NCBI RefSeq assembly: GCF_040938485.1
Contig: NW_027271025.1
Coordinates: forward strand, 558,001 to 622,000
DNA from: Diadema antillarum
Lineage: Eukaryota
Length of the DNA: 64,000 bases
Direction of reading: 5' to 3'
Below the pieces are notes generated by a model. It was not told the origin of the DNA. It saw nothing but the letters and a program-made list of their open reading frames with translations, and did no database searches. Made by a program: the position numbers and the translations under genes. Each line of letters begins with the position of its first letter. Position 1 is the stretch's first letter. Of the stretch, positions 7,321 to 19,700 are shown piece after piece.

Positions 7321-10300
7321 CTAAGGTGAGAAACCAGTACTGTCATTCCTTGAACAATTGTAAGCGTGTACAAGTGCACTTACGTACTTGCTCCAATTTG
7401 CCTTCTTCTCCTCCTCCAGGGTCCCTAGCATGTCCAGTAGCGTTCTGTTGAAACGCTCAGGCTGAGGGTCTCCCTGGGGATGGTAAGGAGTTGTCCTTGA
7501 TTTCTTAATGCCAAGGAGCCTTGACAGCTCATGGATCACTTTACTCTCAAAGTCCCTACCTTGATCAGAATGAAGGCGTTGGGGCAGACCATAATGTACA
7601 AAGAAGTTCTCCCACAGGACCTTGGCGACAGTGGCAGCAGTCTGATCCTTCGTTGGGAAGGCTTGTGCGTATCGTGTGTAGTGATCCGTCACTACCAAGA
7701 TAGACTTCTTATTCGAGCGGTCTGGTTCTAGGGAGAGAAAGTCCATGCAAACCAGCTCCAGGGGGCTGGTTGTGTGAATACTCACCAATGGGGCTGCTGG
7801 CTTTGGAGGAGTCTTTCTTGCTATACAACGAGGGCAATGCTTGACCCACTCCGTAATGTCAGCACTCATCTTTGGCCAGTAGAACCTGTCTCTAGCCAAC
7901 GCTATGGACTTCTCGATTCCAAGGTGGCCAACACTGTCGTGTATGCCCCTCATTGCCTCGACACGGCGCTGGGCAGGCAATACTAACTGGTGATGGCGGT
8001 TCCCTAAGGAGTCAGTGAAAGTTCTGTAGAGGACTCCTTTGCACAGAACTAGCCTGTCGAACTCGCGGAGTATCAGGGCAGCCTCTCTTGAAAGGCCGGT
8101 ATAAGACTGTGGCCTCTCCCCACGTTCAACATAATCCCTGACTAGTTTCAGTTGCGGATCTGCCTTTTGAGCCTGTGCCCAGTCTACTACATTCAGGTCT
8201 GAGCCCTTCGCATACAGACCTGGGATAGACTCTGCACTGGCACACAGGGTCTCAACGTATGGCTGGCTTCTATGAGGAGAGTTGGCTGAAACATAATGCG
8301 TCTGACAGAAGGCAGAGAGTGTGGACACTTTCTCACCTGAGTCTGACGTCTCATGCAGCCTTGCCTCCAGATCACTAATCTTGCACTGCTGGCGAGCCTC
8401 AAACTCCTTGTCGAGGCCGGGAGGATGTGGTTTCCGTGACAGTACATCTGCTTCAATGTTCGTCTTTCCTGGCTTATAATGGATGGAAAAATCAAAGCAG
8501 GAAAGTGCAGCAAGCCATCTATGTCCTGTGGCATCGAGTTTTGCCGATGTCAGGACATATGTTAGTGGGTTATTATCAGTCATAACCCGCGCACCTTTTG
8601 CTGCATACAGATAATCCCTGAACTTGTCGGTAACTGCCCACTTTAGAGCAAGAAATTCCAGCTTGTGGGCTGGATAGTTCTTCTCACTGTGGGACAGTCC
8701 CCGACTTCCATATGCCACTGGACGAAGCTTACCTCCATGATCTTGATACAGGACACCACCCAGTCCATCACGGCTGGCATCAACATGGAGCACAAAGGGC
8801 TTTGACAGGTCTGCGAAGGCTAAGACTGGGGCTGTGACCAGACAATGCTTCAAAGCCTGAAAAGCATTCTCACACTCCTCAGTCCAAGCATCACCAAGGG
8901 GGTCACTTGCCTTTCGTGCATCCGGGCTCGGATCTTTCTTTGGAGGTGGACGTCCTCGCTTCCTGGGGTAAACGCACCCACTTGTAAGTGCGTTCAAAGG
9001 ACGGGAAATCTTGGCATAGTCCTTTATGAATCGCCGGTAATAGCCAGCAAATCCTAAGAAAGACTTGACATGCCTCACTGTCTGTGGCCTGGGCCAGGTT
9101 CTTACATCGGCCACTTTGTCTGGGTCTGTCTGTACCCCAGCCTCGGAGACTACATGACCAAGGTACCTAACCGACTGACAGCAAAATTGGCATTTTTCTG
9201 GGGACACCTTCAAGCCAAATTGCTGCAACCTATCCAGTACCCTAGCCAGGCGCTCCTCCATTTCCTCCAGCGTTTTGGAGAAGATTATCAGGTCATCCAT
9301 GTACACCAACACCTCTAACATGTTCAGACCTGACATGCACTTCTCCATCAGCCTCTGGAAGGTTGCTGGTGCTCCCTTCACCCCTTGGGGCATACGCTCG
9401 AACTGGTAAAACCCCAAAGGACAAGTGAAGGCCGTCTTCTCCTTGTCAGATTCACGCATCGGGATTTGATAGAATCCCGACTTTAAGTCGATAACAGAAA
9501 ACCATTTACTGCCACTCAGGGAATCAATGGCCTCCTGTATCAGGGGCACTGTGTACTGGTCGGGAATGGTACGAGAATTGAGTGTACGGTAGTCGACGCA
9601 CATTCTCAAAGTACCATTCTTTTTCCGAACCAGCACAATTGGAGAGGCATAGGGACTCTTAGACTCCTTAATTATGTTGTTCTCCAACAGCTGTTGAAGA
9701 TGTTGCTGCAAGTCCCTAAGATCAGAGGGAGGCACCCTCCGAGACCTCTCACGGAATGGTGTGTCATCGTTAACACGAATCTGATGCTCCGCATAGCCTG
9801 TACTGCCTAGGTCAAATTCATGCCTGGAGAACACATCACTCCTCTGCCTGCACTGATTGAGCAGCCTTTCTTTCCACTCCGGGGAAATCGGGCCCCAATT
9901 GATGGGCAGCTCACTAACGTCAACTTGAGGGGAAGGGGTGTTATCGCCTACATTAGCACCTACTTGGGAATGGGTTGCCTCGGTGTAACTGTGAGGCTGG
10001 GTAGGAAAACTACTAGGGGTAGGGAAACACTTGTCGGGGACATAGGCATCTACTATTGGGCAGTTGCCAGGGACAGTGATAGACTCAGGGCTACTATTGG
10101 TCACCAGCACCCTTACCTTTCCAATCGCACCACCTGACAATTTTTGTACTCCTGGGGCTATGTGTAACCCACTTGGAAGTCTGCTGTGGGGATTGGACTC
10201 TACGAAAACAGTCATTTCTTCTTTCAGGGGATTCCTAATTTGGGCGGTCATTACCAATTTGGAGTGGGGAGGTATTTGCGTGCTATGTCCTTTCTTGGTC

Positions 10301-10875
10301 CTAGCAGTGCCCAATTTGCCATCAGGGGACACCTTCTCTTGTTTCGATATGCTGGCGTAGATATCCCTGCAGGTAGCACTTATCTGCAATGACTGGGCAA
10401 AGCGTGCTCCAGCCATCCTCCTACAAGATTCAAAACAGTGCCTGAAAAGTCCTGAATTAGTGCCAATAATCACTCTATGGTCACAGGGACGCTGGGGGTC
10501 TGGTACTACAAGAGCCAATGTACTAAACTCAGTCCCTGTGCCAGCAAATGACCGTTCAAAACCTATGTTGACGTAAGCCCAACCCAGATAGGGCATAGTC
10601 CCATCTCCTCCATGGTACAGGACTAGGTCACTCAGTCCATGCAATTCCCTATCTAGTGTGTCGAAAAGGCTCTTGTGTATAAGAGTGACCTGAGACCCAC
10701 TATCAAGAAGGCATTTTGTCTCCTTTCCATCTATCCAACATTTTGGGTTGATAGCATCTCCTACTAAACCTTCAGGAACATCGTTCTTGGAAACCTCAAC
10801 TTTAGAAACAAGTGGGGGAGAATCTATTTTTGGGGCCCCTGGTTTCCCCTTCCCAGGCGCCCTTTCTCGTTTCCC
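7321..10875 (-). CDS. pol: Pol (PR-RT-RNase H-IN) of unit 2, in the -1 frame to gag, ending at an amber codon inside integrase
   Basis: The frame is open from the slippery site. Motifs: protease LLDSGSQVT (upstream of the ORF-track start), RT YMDD, RNase H VDAS...ELFLA-like KLEFLALKWAV, IN zinc finger H..GH...C..C and D,D35E (MDF, SDQG, PERFN). Confidence 0.93.
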   Translation of the reverse strand, partial: GKRERAPGKGKPGAPKIDSPPLVSKVEVSKNDVPEGLVGDAINPKCWIDGKETKCLLDSGSQVTLIHKSLFDTLDRELHGLSDLVLYHGGDGTMPYLGWAYVNIGFERSFAGTGTEFSTLALVVPDPQRPCDHRVIIGTNSGLFRHCFESCRRMAGARFAQSLQISATCRDIYASISKQEKVSPDGKLGTARTKKGHSTQIPPHSKLVMTAQIRNPLKEEMTVFVESNPHSRLPSGLHIAPGVQKLSGGAIGKVRVLVTNSSPESITVPGNCPIVDAYVPDKCFPTPSSFPTQPHSYTEATHSQVGANVGDNTPSPQVDVSELPINWGPISPEWKERLLNQCRQRSDVFSRHEFDLGSTGYAEHQIRVNDDTPFRERSRRVPPSDLRDLQQHLQQLLENNIIKESKSPYASPIVLVRKKNGTLRMCVDYRTLNSRTIPDQYTVPLIQEAIDSLSGSKWFSVIDLKSGFYQIPMRESDKEKTAFTCPLGFYQFERMPQGVKGAPATFQRLMEKCMSGLNMLEVLVYMDDLIIFSKTLEEMEERLARVLDRLQQFGLKVSPEKCQFCCQSVRYLGHVVSEAGVQTDPDKVADVRTWPRPQTVRHVKSFLGFAGYYRRFIKDYAKISRPLNALTSGCVYPRKRGRPPPKKDPSPDARKASDPLGDAWTEECENAFQALKHCLVTAPVLAFADLSKPFVLHVDASRDGLGGVLYQDHGGKLRPVAYGSRGLSHSEKNYPAHKLEFLALKWAVTDKFRDYLYAAKGARVMTDNNPLTYVLTSAKLDATGHRWLAALSCFDFSIHYKPGKTNIEADVLSRKPHPPGLDKEFEARQQCKISDLEARLHETSDSGEKVSTLSAFCQTHYVSANSPHRSQPYVETLCASAESIPGLYAKGSDLNVVDWAQAQKADPQLKLVRDYVERGERPQSYTGLSREAALILREFDRLVLCKGVLYRTFTDSLGNRHHQLVLPAQRRVEAMRGIHDSVGHLGIEKSIALARDRFYWPKMSADITEWVKHCPRCIARKTPPKPAAPLVSIHTTSPLELVCMDFLSLEPDRSNKKSILVVTDHYTRYAQAFPTKDQTAATVAKVLWENFFVHYGLPQRLHSDQGRDFESKVIHELSRLLGIKKSRTTPYHPQGDPQPERFNRTLLDMLGTLEEEKKANWSKYVSALVHAYNCSRNDSTGFSP

Positions 10876-12257
10876 TGGTTGCCAAGGATGTAGTTGACAA
10901 GTCTTTTACTCAGTACGTCAGGGGGAACAGAATTTTGGCAATTTCTACTGATATGGCCCTCCTCTCCACACTTGAAGCAAACAACACCAGTATTACTCTG
11001 CTGGGACGACTGAGATTTGGGGGGATTATTGGTGGGTTGGGGTGCTGGTGGAGGTGCTGGTTGGGGAAGGACATGGGGTTGAGGGGCTGCGTGGGGTGGC
11101 AGAATAGAGGGCTCTACCTTACGGTGGGCAGCCTGCTTTGGTTTTGGGCTAACGGGGGGTCTCGAGGCAGACAGAGATTTCTTCACCCTTTCCTCTTCTT
11201 CCTGCTTCCTCACTGAAGACAGGAGTTCCAGGAAGGATGGTGGTTTCTCCAGGCGCTCCCTGAGCTGTAGGTTTACTAGGAGCATTTCATGGTAGAGGAT
11301 GCCCCTGATGAATTGTCGCAGTCTCACCTTGTTGGCGTCATGTGGCTTGACAACTCCCCGCCTAACCACATGGCGCATGACTTCCTGTAAGCGAGAAAGA
11401 TACTCAGAGGGAGACTCACCTTCAGCCTGGACTGTCTGATGAAATCTGACAAACAGTTCATCATCTGTGTCAGTATCGCCAAAAGCCAGATCCAGAGCCC
11501 TGAGGTAGTCTGCAGAGCAGGCCTGGGGATTCTCACGCCTAAGGTCTGTAATGATGCTTGACGCAGGCGGACGCAATGACTCACGAATGCGCTTGCGCCG
11601 CTCAGCATCATCCAGAGTCTGCCACTCCTCCATCTGGCTCTCAACGTGCTCTATCCAGATGGGGTAGCTATCCTCATCACGCGCTGCTGTCTTTGCACCA
11701 GAGAAGCATCGCAGTTTCCGATACCCTGTGGTCAGCCCACACCGTGCTAGTGAAGCTGCTAAAATTGGGATGTCTCGATCAGGGAAGGACATGGATGGTT
11801 CACTGATAACAGGGGAAGGGGGTGGAAGGTTGTTAGTAGTAGGGATGTCTTGAGACTGGACTTCCTGAGCTCTACGTCCTGCTTTTCTCCATTCCCTAAC
11901 TAAACCTCTCTCCCTCAGGTCCTTGACACTGACCCTATTTCCTCTGACTGGTCCTAAACCGTCTAACCTCACTACTCTGCACATAGTCTCCCCATCTACT
12001 GGAATGACAATCTGTGCCTGTAATCCTAACATAGCAACTGCATCTTCGAATTCACACAGGAGCAATGTTTCCCCTGTATCGGGATCATCCCGTCTTAACA
12101 CCTCAAGTAATGTGGGATATAACTCTGACAGTGCCAGTGCAAACACCTCTGTTGGCACAGTCTTTATACCTGTTGCAAGTAGGAGGGCATTCTCTACTCT
12201 AATCTCCTCCTTCTTGCACCAATCCTGACCAATCTGCTTCAAACTTTTACCTGCCAT
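10824..12257 (-). CDS. gag: Gag (unit 2), with a G>V change in the proline-rich linker
   Basis: Identical to unit 1 except PSPVISE vs PSPGISE (c>a at 11809). Confidence 0.93.
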   Translation of the reverse strand: MAGKSLKQIGQDWCKKEEIRVENALLLATGIKTVPTEVFALALSELYPTLLEVLRRDDPDTGETLLLCEFEDAVAMLGLQAQIVIPVDGETMCRVVRLDGLGPVRGNRVSVKDLRERGLVREWRKAGRRAQEVQSQDIPTTNNLPPPSPVISEPSMSFPDRDIPILAASLARCGLTTGYRKLRCFSGAKTAARDEDSYPIWIEHVESQMEEWQTLDDAERRKRIRESLRPPASSIITDLRRENPQACSADYLRALDLAFGDTDTDDELFVRFHQTVQAEGESPSEYLSRLQEVMRHVVRRGVVKPHDANKVRLRQFIRGILYHEMLLVNLQLRERLEKPPSFLELLSSVRKQEEEERVKKSLSASRPPVSPKPKQAAHRKVEPSILPPHAAPQPHVLPQPAPPPAPQPTNNPPKSQSSQQSNTGVVCFKCGEEGHISRNCQNSVPPDVLSKRLVNYILGNQGNEKGRLGRGNQGPQK

Positions 12258-12434
12258 CGCTTTGTTTCCTGCACACGAGTGTTGGCTCTTTGGTACAATA
12301 GAACGAAAATGGTGAATGTAACAGTAACAATCAACAATGATAACCAAGACTCAGTTTCGGTAACATGTGTCACCAAACAAATGCAATTATACAATTAAGA
12401 AACAATTATAGTTCCCGGACAAGCCCCCAATTTA

Positions 12435-15400
12435 TGTAACCCGAATGTTACACTCCCGAGTTCATAAATAAAGAATATCACACCTGGGATTCAGTTTTGA
12501 CAAAATAATCCAATGACAAACTTTATTAACTTGTTTGTCGTTCAACAAAGTACATCATTCAATTCAATATGTTCACAGACTCAAATGTAACCTTTGTTAC
12601 ATTAGCATAATTAAATATTTGCCAGTGTATGACGATATTTCGACTCGTTGCTGTCTCTTTGTCTCTCTCGCCGGTTATCCTGTCGACGAGCCCAGAGTAG
12701 TCGCAAACCAGTCGTACACGGTAGCTGATGCAATGCTCAGTAGCCGTCAGTCACGCTGAACCAAGCAAAGGCTGGCCAAAGCTCTCGTCCAAATATGTAT
12801 CTAGTCAAAAGAATTTATAAGACACAGGACTTTCCTAATATAGTGTCTTTCTAATCAATAATATTTCTTCAGGAGTATGGAAGTCCACTCCAAAATCTGA
12901 TCTGATACATTGTCTCTACATATACATGCCTCATAAACATATATGAGCGCATTAGACAATACAGATACAAATTCCAGTCACATACATTCAAATGTTTGTC
13001 AATTCATTTTGACATACAGGTGCTAAATACGGTCAGAATAACTTCTCTTCAGTTAAACATTTTCAGCATCCTGAATTATATCCAACACTGCTGCCACAAA
13101 TAAAGCTTTGATCTATCTGATCGACTGGCAGTATAGTTGCTTCATCTGGGGTCGACAAATATTGTGACTCCGATTCAAATATTATAGTTTGAGTGGAAAT
13201 AATGCTCCACGCACACAATAATTACACTGAGCAGTTGTACACCTTACCACGCATGTACAGTTAACATGTATACATTCTAAAGAGCATGAATGTATAACAT
13301 TTTTATATTCACAATGGCACAACTATTCCTCACATTTAGTTCTTTGCAAGGTTCTTCACATCTAGTGGCTAGTCCTCCCCCTCTAGAGTTAAACATTCCA
13401 CAATTCAATAGTGCAGTGACCTCTGTCACTCACAGGGAACGGTCAGTGGACATAAATCTGTCAGTTCAGACGAGGGGGGGGGGGTGCTGCACATTGTAGA
13501 CCTCAATGTTTACGAGCATAGCCTCACTTTCTCTGAGTGTGAGGGTCTACCGGGCATTTCAATATGTATGTAATCAAATTAAAATCTGACTTCTAATGCC
13601 AAGTCAGTTTCCCAATTTCATCTGTCTAATAATGAACTTGAGTGTATGCCTAATCATGTCCATTCATAAAACATTCGAAGCGCAAATACCTTGAAGTGCA
13701 TTGCAATATATCTTCAAATAATATACAAGCAACAATCATCAATCATCAATACTTTTGGCATAACATATGATAACTTCGGAATTTATATACATGATATCAG
13801 AGTCTTCTTCTTAACAAGCAACCTCCATGTCTATGGATTGGGGTTCATAATTACAAACACTCTCCAATGCAATACATAACATGAGAAATACAATGACTTA
13901 CCTAGTCAAAAGAGCCAACACTCGTTTTCACTACAAGTTGCTCCACACGGCAGTCAGTGGATGTACGTGCCACAACCAGTTGTATCACAGGCACATAAAA
14001 ATTGTATATAACAATACAGCTGATGCTTGTGGGGGTCTACCAGTGTTTTGTGGTAACCTCTCAGCAGATAAATGTGTGAAAAAACTTTCTGGATCACACA
14101 GTCGATGTAACAAGCAAAGTGGGTGCAGGCCTCAAAGCGCTGGCAGGAAGCAGATATGCCTATTTGCTCCAAAGCTATGGGCTTTTATAATTTTCTGTCT
14201 CTCTGTAAAATGTTAATATTACAAACTTTCTCGAGAAAATCAGAAACTTCCAGGAAGTTAACTGACCAGCAGAAATTTCATTGGTTCATGTTTCTATGAC
14301 ATCATTCAAAGTCTGCCTCATTGGCTAGAGGTCACTCATTCCCCTTGACTTCCAGGAACATTACTGACGTACTGACCATCCACTTGGCCAGACAAAGTCT
14401 TAACATTGACCAAGGGCAGTAACGACAGGCTTTCCAGTCACTCTCGAGCATTCTGCCTACAGGGCTTTAAAGTTGCACTCCTGTGACCTTGGTCACTAGA
14501 GCTGCTGCCTAACCAGCATAGCTATATAACACATTGTTTATACTCATGCAAACACCGATCTAGTTAACATACTAGACAAATCGTATAGCATAAGTCATAA
14601 AAGCACTCAATTAGAATATAGAGACATAATTATATCTCATTTGCATAAATGATGTATTAAACATAACCACTGCACATACATATCTCTTATGCTGAAGTGC
14701 GTGGATCACACTTTGTTCTGAACACATGACATATCAAATAATAATCTTGCAAAAAGTCATATCCTTTCAGCCATTGATCATAGTAGCACAACAGTATCTG
14801 TAATATAAAAGGTAACACGAGCAAAGTAAATCTAGTAATGTATGGAGTTACTCTACTTTAAGGCACACGCAAAGCTAGCCTAAACAGTTCATTGGAAATT
14901 AGGGGGGGGGGGTATGTGAGAAGAAAGGAATAGGAGGGGACAGAATTTGGGCTAGACGTGCACTCTACGTCATTGTCACAGAAAATGTTGGTCTACAGTT
15001 AGAACCAGTCCACTCTGTATAGGCTTTGCCCATGGTAGGACACTGTCCCTAAATCCCAAAGCAACTACTACTTTGTCCTAGCAAGAATGACCTTCCTCTT
15101 CTGAGACATGGTCCTTTCGTTTCTCTTGATGTGCCTACACACCAACAAAAGGGAGGGGTGCTTAAAACAATATCCCTAGACTGGCTAGCTTGCTCCATCC
15201 TTGAGTTTTATTACACCTACATAGTCTAACACCAGCAGGGGCGTTTCACAGGGCTTGACCAGTCTCAATACACACAGGCTTACAATTGGACATTGGCTAT
15301 TGGGGTCAAAGGCTGAAGGGGAAATCTTAAGACTAATCTTGGGGGTTACTAGTACACTGGTCGAGGGGTTGTTGGAAAACAGGTGGGGTACGGACGTCAG

Positions 15401-15520
15401 AGGAGGGATGAATGGAGGGGGTGGTGATAACAGTGACCATGGGTCTTCCAAGGAAGTAGGAATCTAGTCTGACGACATTTCTGGAGAAATCTTAGTAACC
15501 CAAATTTTGGTGGGGTTACA
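12435..15520 (-). repeat. LTR 2 (3086 bp), shared
   Basis: Same termini and PBS/PPT flanks. Differs from LTR1 by G-tract length and at least two substitutions. Confidence 0.95.
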
Positions 15521-16709
15521 TCCTCCCCTTTCAAACCAGGGTTCACTCCTGTGAACCTTTGATTAATCAAAGCCAAAGATCTTACGCTTAAGGTCAGCAA
15601 AAAATCCTGATGAAGTTGCTTGCCTAGCACCAGAGGGTTCACCAAGGGTATCGTACTGCATGCGTAGCGGCGGCCTTGAAGAGCGAGTTGAGCGCCTGAT
15701 GGATTGCGGGGCAGGCTCTGAATCGATTGCTTGCTTTGCATTTTGCGCTTGCTCAACCTCGGGCTCTGCTAGAGTATGAGGGGCGTTACCTCTGGACTCT
15801 GCGTCTGGGGGTAAAGGGCTAGTGTGTCTACTCTCTTCCTCCATGCTCTCCCCTCTCAAATCGGGTACTGCATCATCCGGTGTTGCTCTACCAGAACCAC
15901 TGGATGCACTTGTGGCATCTATGCTGATGTCACTGCCAGCCTGGTTCTCTAAGTCTGAGTCGGTTGATGTCTCCTCAGTAGTGGGGTCAGGGGATAAAAC
16001 GGAACCGCCGGAAACACCTGTGTCACTCACTACATCAGCTGTGTTGACCTGTTCAGGGGTCTCGCTGGTAGTCTCAGAGGGAATACTGGGAGGTTGGGAG
16101 GGGACAAACTCTGGCGCATTTACGTTAAGTACTGAATGTGGGCGGTTAATGTGCTTGCGTACACCCCTCATCACTTGAGTCTGAACTATCAGACTCTTCC
16201 TCACTCGGAGGGGCAATGGACCTTTTGGAACGGGTCCGATCAGCTGGATTCCTTTTCTTACCTGGTCTCTGGGTCTCTGAGTTATGGGCTGGGGCCTCAT
16301 TCAAGTACTCTATGGGTAGGAGAAGGTTGCGGTGTAGGGTGCGTGTCCTACCAATCCCGTCTTCAGGTGCAACTTCGTAAACCGGCATATCAGGGTTGAG
16401 TCGCTTTGTGATGACATAAGGGTTCGCATACCATCTATCAGCTAATTTCTGCTTACCAGTCAGTCCAACGTTCCTGACAAGGACGCGATCGCCAGGTTTC
16501 AGGCCATTGGCTCGCACTTTCGCATCATAGCGGACCTTGTTGGCACTGGCAGACTTGTTGGATGCAGCTGACGCAAGTTTATACGCCCGCGTAAGTTGAT
16601 CGCGCAAACCACTGACGTACTTCACGTGGTCAGTCCCAGTGAAATTGTCAGGGCTTGTGCCAAATCGCAGATCAACAGGCAGTCTAGCTTCCCTACCGAA
16701 CATGAGGAA

Positions 16710-19700
16710 CTAAGGTGAGAAACCAGTACTGTCATTCCTTGAACAATTGTAAGCGTGTACAAGTGCACTTACGTACTTGCTCCAATTTGCCTTCTTCTCC
16801 TCCTCCAGGGTCCCTAGCATGTCCAGTAGCGTTCTGTTGAAACGCTCAGGCTGAGGGTCTCCCTGGGGATGGTAAGGAGTTGTCCTTGATTTCTTAATGC
16901 CAAGGAGCCTTGACAGCTCATGGATCACTTTACTCTCAAAGTCCCTACCTTGATCAGAATGAAGGCGTTGGGGCAGACCATAATGTACAAAGAAGTTCTC
17001 CCACAGGACCTTGGCGACAGTGGCAGCAGTCTGATCCTTCGTTGGGAAGGCTTGTGCGTATCGTGTGTAGTGATCCGTCACTACCAAGATAGACTTCTTA
17101 TTCGAGCGGTCTGGTTCTAGGGAGAGAAAGTCCATGCAAACCAGCTCCAGGGGGCTGGTTGTGTGAATACTCACCAATGGGGCTGCTGGCTTTGGAGGAG
17201 TCTTTCTTGCTATACAACGAGGGCAATGCTTGACCCACTCCGTAATGTCAGCACTCATCTTTGGCCAGTAGAACCTGTCTCTAGCCAACGCTATGGACTT
17301 CTCGATTCCAAGGTGGCCAACACTGTCGTGTATGCCCCTCATTGCCTCGACACGGCGCTGGGCAGGCAATACTAACTGGTGATGGCGGTTCCCTAAGGAG
17401 TCAGTGAAAGTTCTGTAGAGGACTCCTTTGCACAGAACTAGCCTGTCGAACTCGCGGAGTATCAGGGCAGCCTCTCTTGAAAGGCCGGTATAAGACTGTG
17501 GCCTCTCCCCACGTTCAACATAATCCCTGACTAGTTTCAGTTGCGGATCTGCCTTTTGAGCCTGTGCCCAGTCTACTACATTCAGGTCTGAGCCCTTCGC
17601 ATACAGACCTGGGATAGACTCTGCACTGGCACACAGGGTCTCAACGTATGGCTGGCTTCTATGAGGAGAGTTGGCTGAAACATAATGCGTCTGACAGAAG
17701 GCAGAGAGTGTGGACACTTTCTCACCTGAGTCTGACGTCTCATGCAGCCTTGCCTCCAGATCACTAATCTTGCACTGCTGGCGAGCCTCAAACTCCTTGT
17801 CGAGGCCGGGAGGATGTGGTTTCCGTGACAGTACATCTGCTTCAATGTTCGTCTTTCCTGGCTTATAATGGATGGAAAAATCAAAGCAGGAAAGTGCAGC
17901 AAGCCATCTATGTCCTGTGGCATCGAGTTTTGCCGATGTCAGGACATATGTTAGTGGGTTATTATCAGTCATAACCCGCGCACCTTTTGCTGCATACAGA
18001 TAATCCCTGAACTTGTCGGTAACTGCCCACTTTAGAGCAAGAAATTCCAGCTTGTGGGCTGGATAGTTCTTCTCACTGTGGGACAGTCCCCGACTTCCAT
18101 ATGCCACTGGACGAAGCTTACCTCCATGATCTTGATACAGGACACCACCCAGTCCATCACGGCTGGCATCAACATGGAGCACAAAGGGCTTTGACAGGTC
18201 TGCGAAGGCTAAGACTGGGGCTGTGACCAGACAATGCTTCAAAGCCTGAAAAGCATTCTCACACTCCTCAGTCCAAGCATCACCAAGGGGGTCACTTGCC
18301 TTTCGTGCATCCGGGCTCGGATCTTTCTTTGGAGGTGGACGTCCTCGCTTCCTGGGGTAAACGCACCCACTTGTAAGTGCGTTCAAAGGACGGGAAATCT
18401 TGGCATAGTCCTTTATGAATCGCCGGTAATAGCCAGCAAATCCTAAGAAAGACTTGACATGCCTCACTGTCTGTGGCCTGGGCCAGGTTCTTACATCGGC
18501 CACTTTGTCTGGGTCTGTCTGTACCCCAGCCTCGGAGACTACATGACCAAGGTACCTAACCGACTGACAGCAAAATTGGCATTTTTCTGGGGACACCTTC
18601 AAGCCAAATTGCTGCAACCTATCCAGTACCCTAGCCAGGCGCTCCTCCATTTCCTCCAGCGTTTTGGAGAAGATTATCAGGTCATCCATGTACACCAACA
18701 CCTCTAACATGTTCAGACCTGACATGCACTTCTCCATCAGCCTCTGGAAGGTTGCTGGTGCTCCCTTCACCCCTTGGGGCATACGCTCGAACTGGTAAAA
18801 CCCCAAAGGACAAGTGAAGGCCGTCTTCTCCTTGTCAGATTCACGCATCGGGATTTGATAGAATCCCGACTTTAAGTCGATAACAGAAAACCATTTACTG
18901 CCACTCAGGGAATCAATGGCCTCCTGTATCAGGGGCACTGTGTACTGGTCGGGAATGGTACGAGAATTGAGTGTACGGTAGTCGACGCACATTCTCAAAG
19001 TACCATTCTTTTTCCGAACCAGCACAATTGGAGAGGCATAGGGACTCTTAGACTCCTTAATTATGTTGTTCTCCAACAGCTGTTGAAGATGTTGCTGCAA
19101 GTCCCTAAGATCAGAGGGAGGCACCCTCCGAGACCTCTCACGGAATGGTGTGTCATCGTTAACACGAATCTGATGCTCCGCATAGCCTGTACTGCCTAGG
19201 TCAAATTCATGCCTGGAGAACACATCACTCCTCTGCCTGCACTGATTGAGCAGCCTTTCTTTCCACTCCGGGGAAATCGGGCCCCAATTGATGGGCAGCT
19301 CACTAACGTCAACTTGAGGGGAAGGGGTGTTATCGCCTACATTAGCACCTACTTGGGAATGGGTTGCCTCGGTGTAACTGTGAGGCTGGGTAGGAAAACT
19401 ACTAGGGGTAGGGAAACACTTGTCGGGGACATAGGCATCTACTATTGGGCAGTTGCCAGGGACAGTGATAGACTCAGGGCTACTATTGGTCACCAGCACC
19501 CTTACCTTTCCAATCGCACCACCTGACAATTTTTGTACTCCTGGGGCTATGTGTAACCCACTTGGAAGTCTGCTGTGGGGATTGGACTCTACGAAAACAG
19601 TCATTTCTTCTTTCAGGGGATTCCTAATTTGGGCGGTCATTACCAATTTGGAGTGGGGAGGTATTTGCGTGCTATGTCCTTTCTTGGTCCTAGCAGTGCC

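Noticed and set aside
7321-7323. Selenocysteine or pyrrolysine recoding of the integrase stop
   Set aside because: The codon is UAG in an animal context, replacing an expected aromatic residue, and no recoding element was seen.
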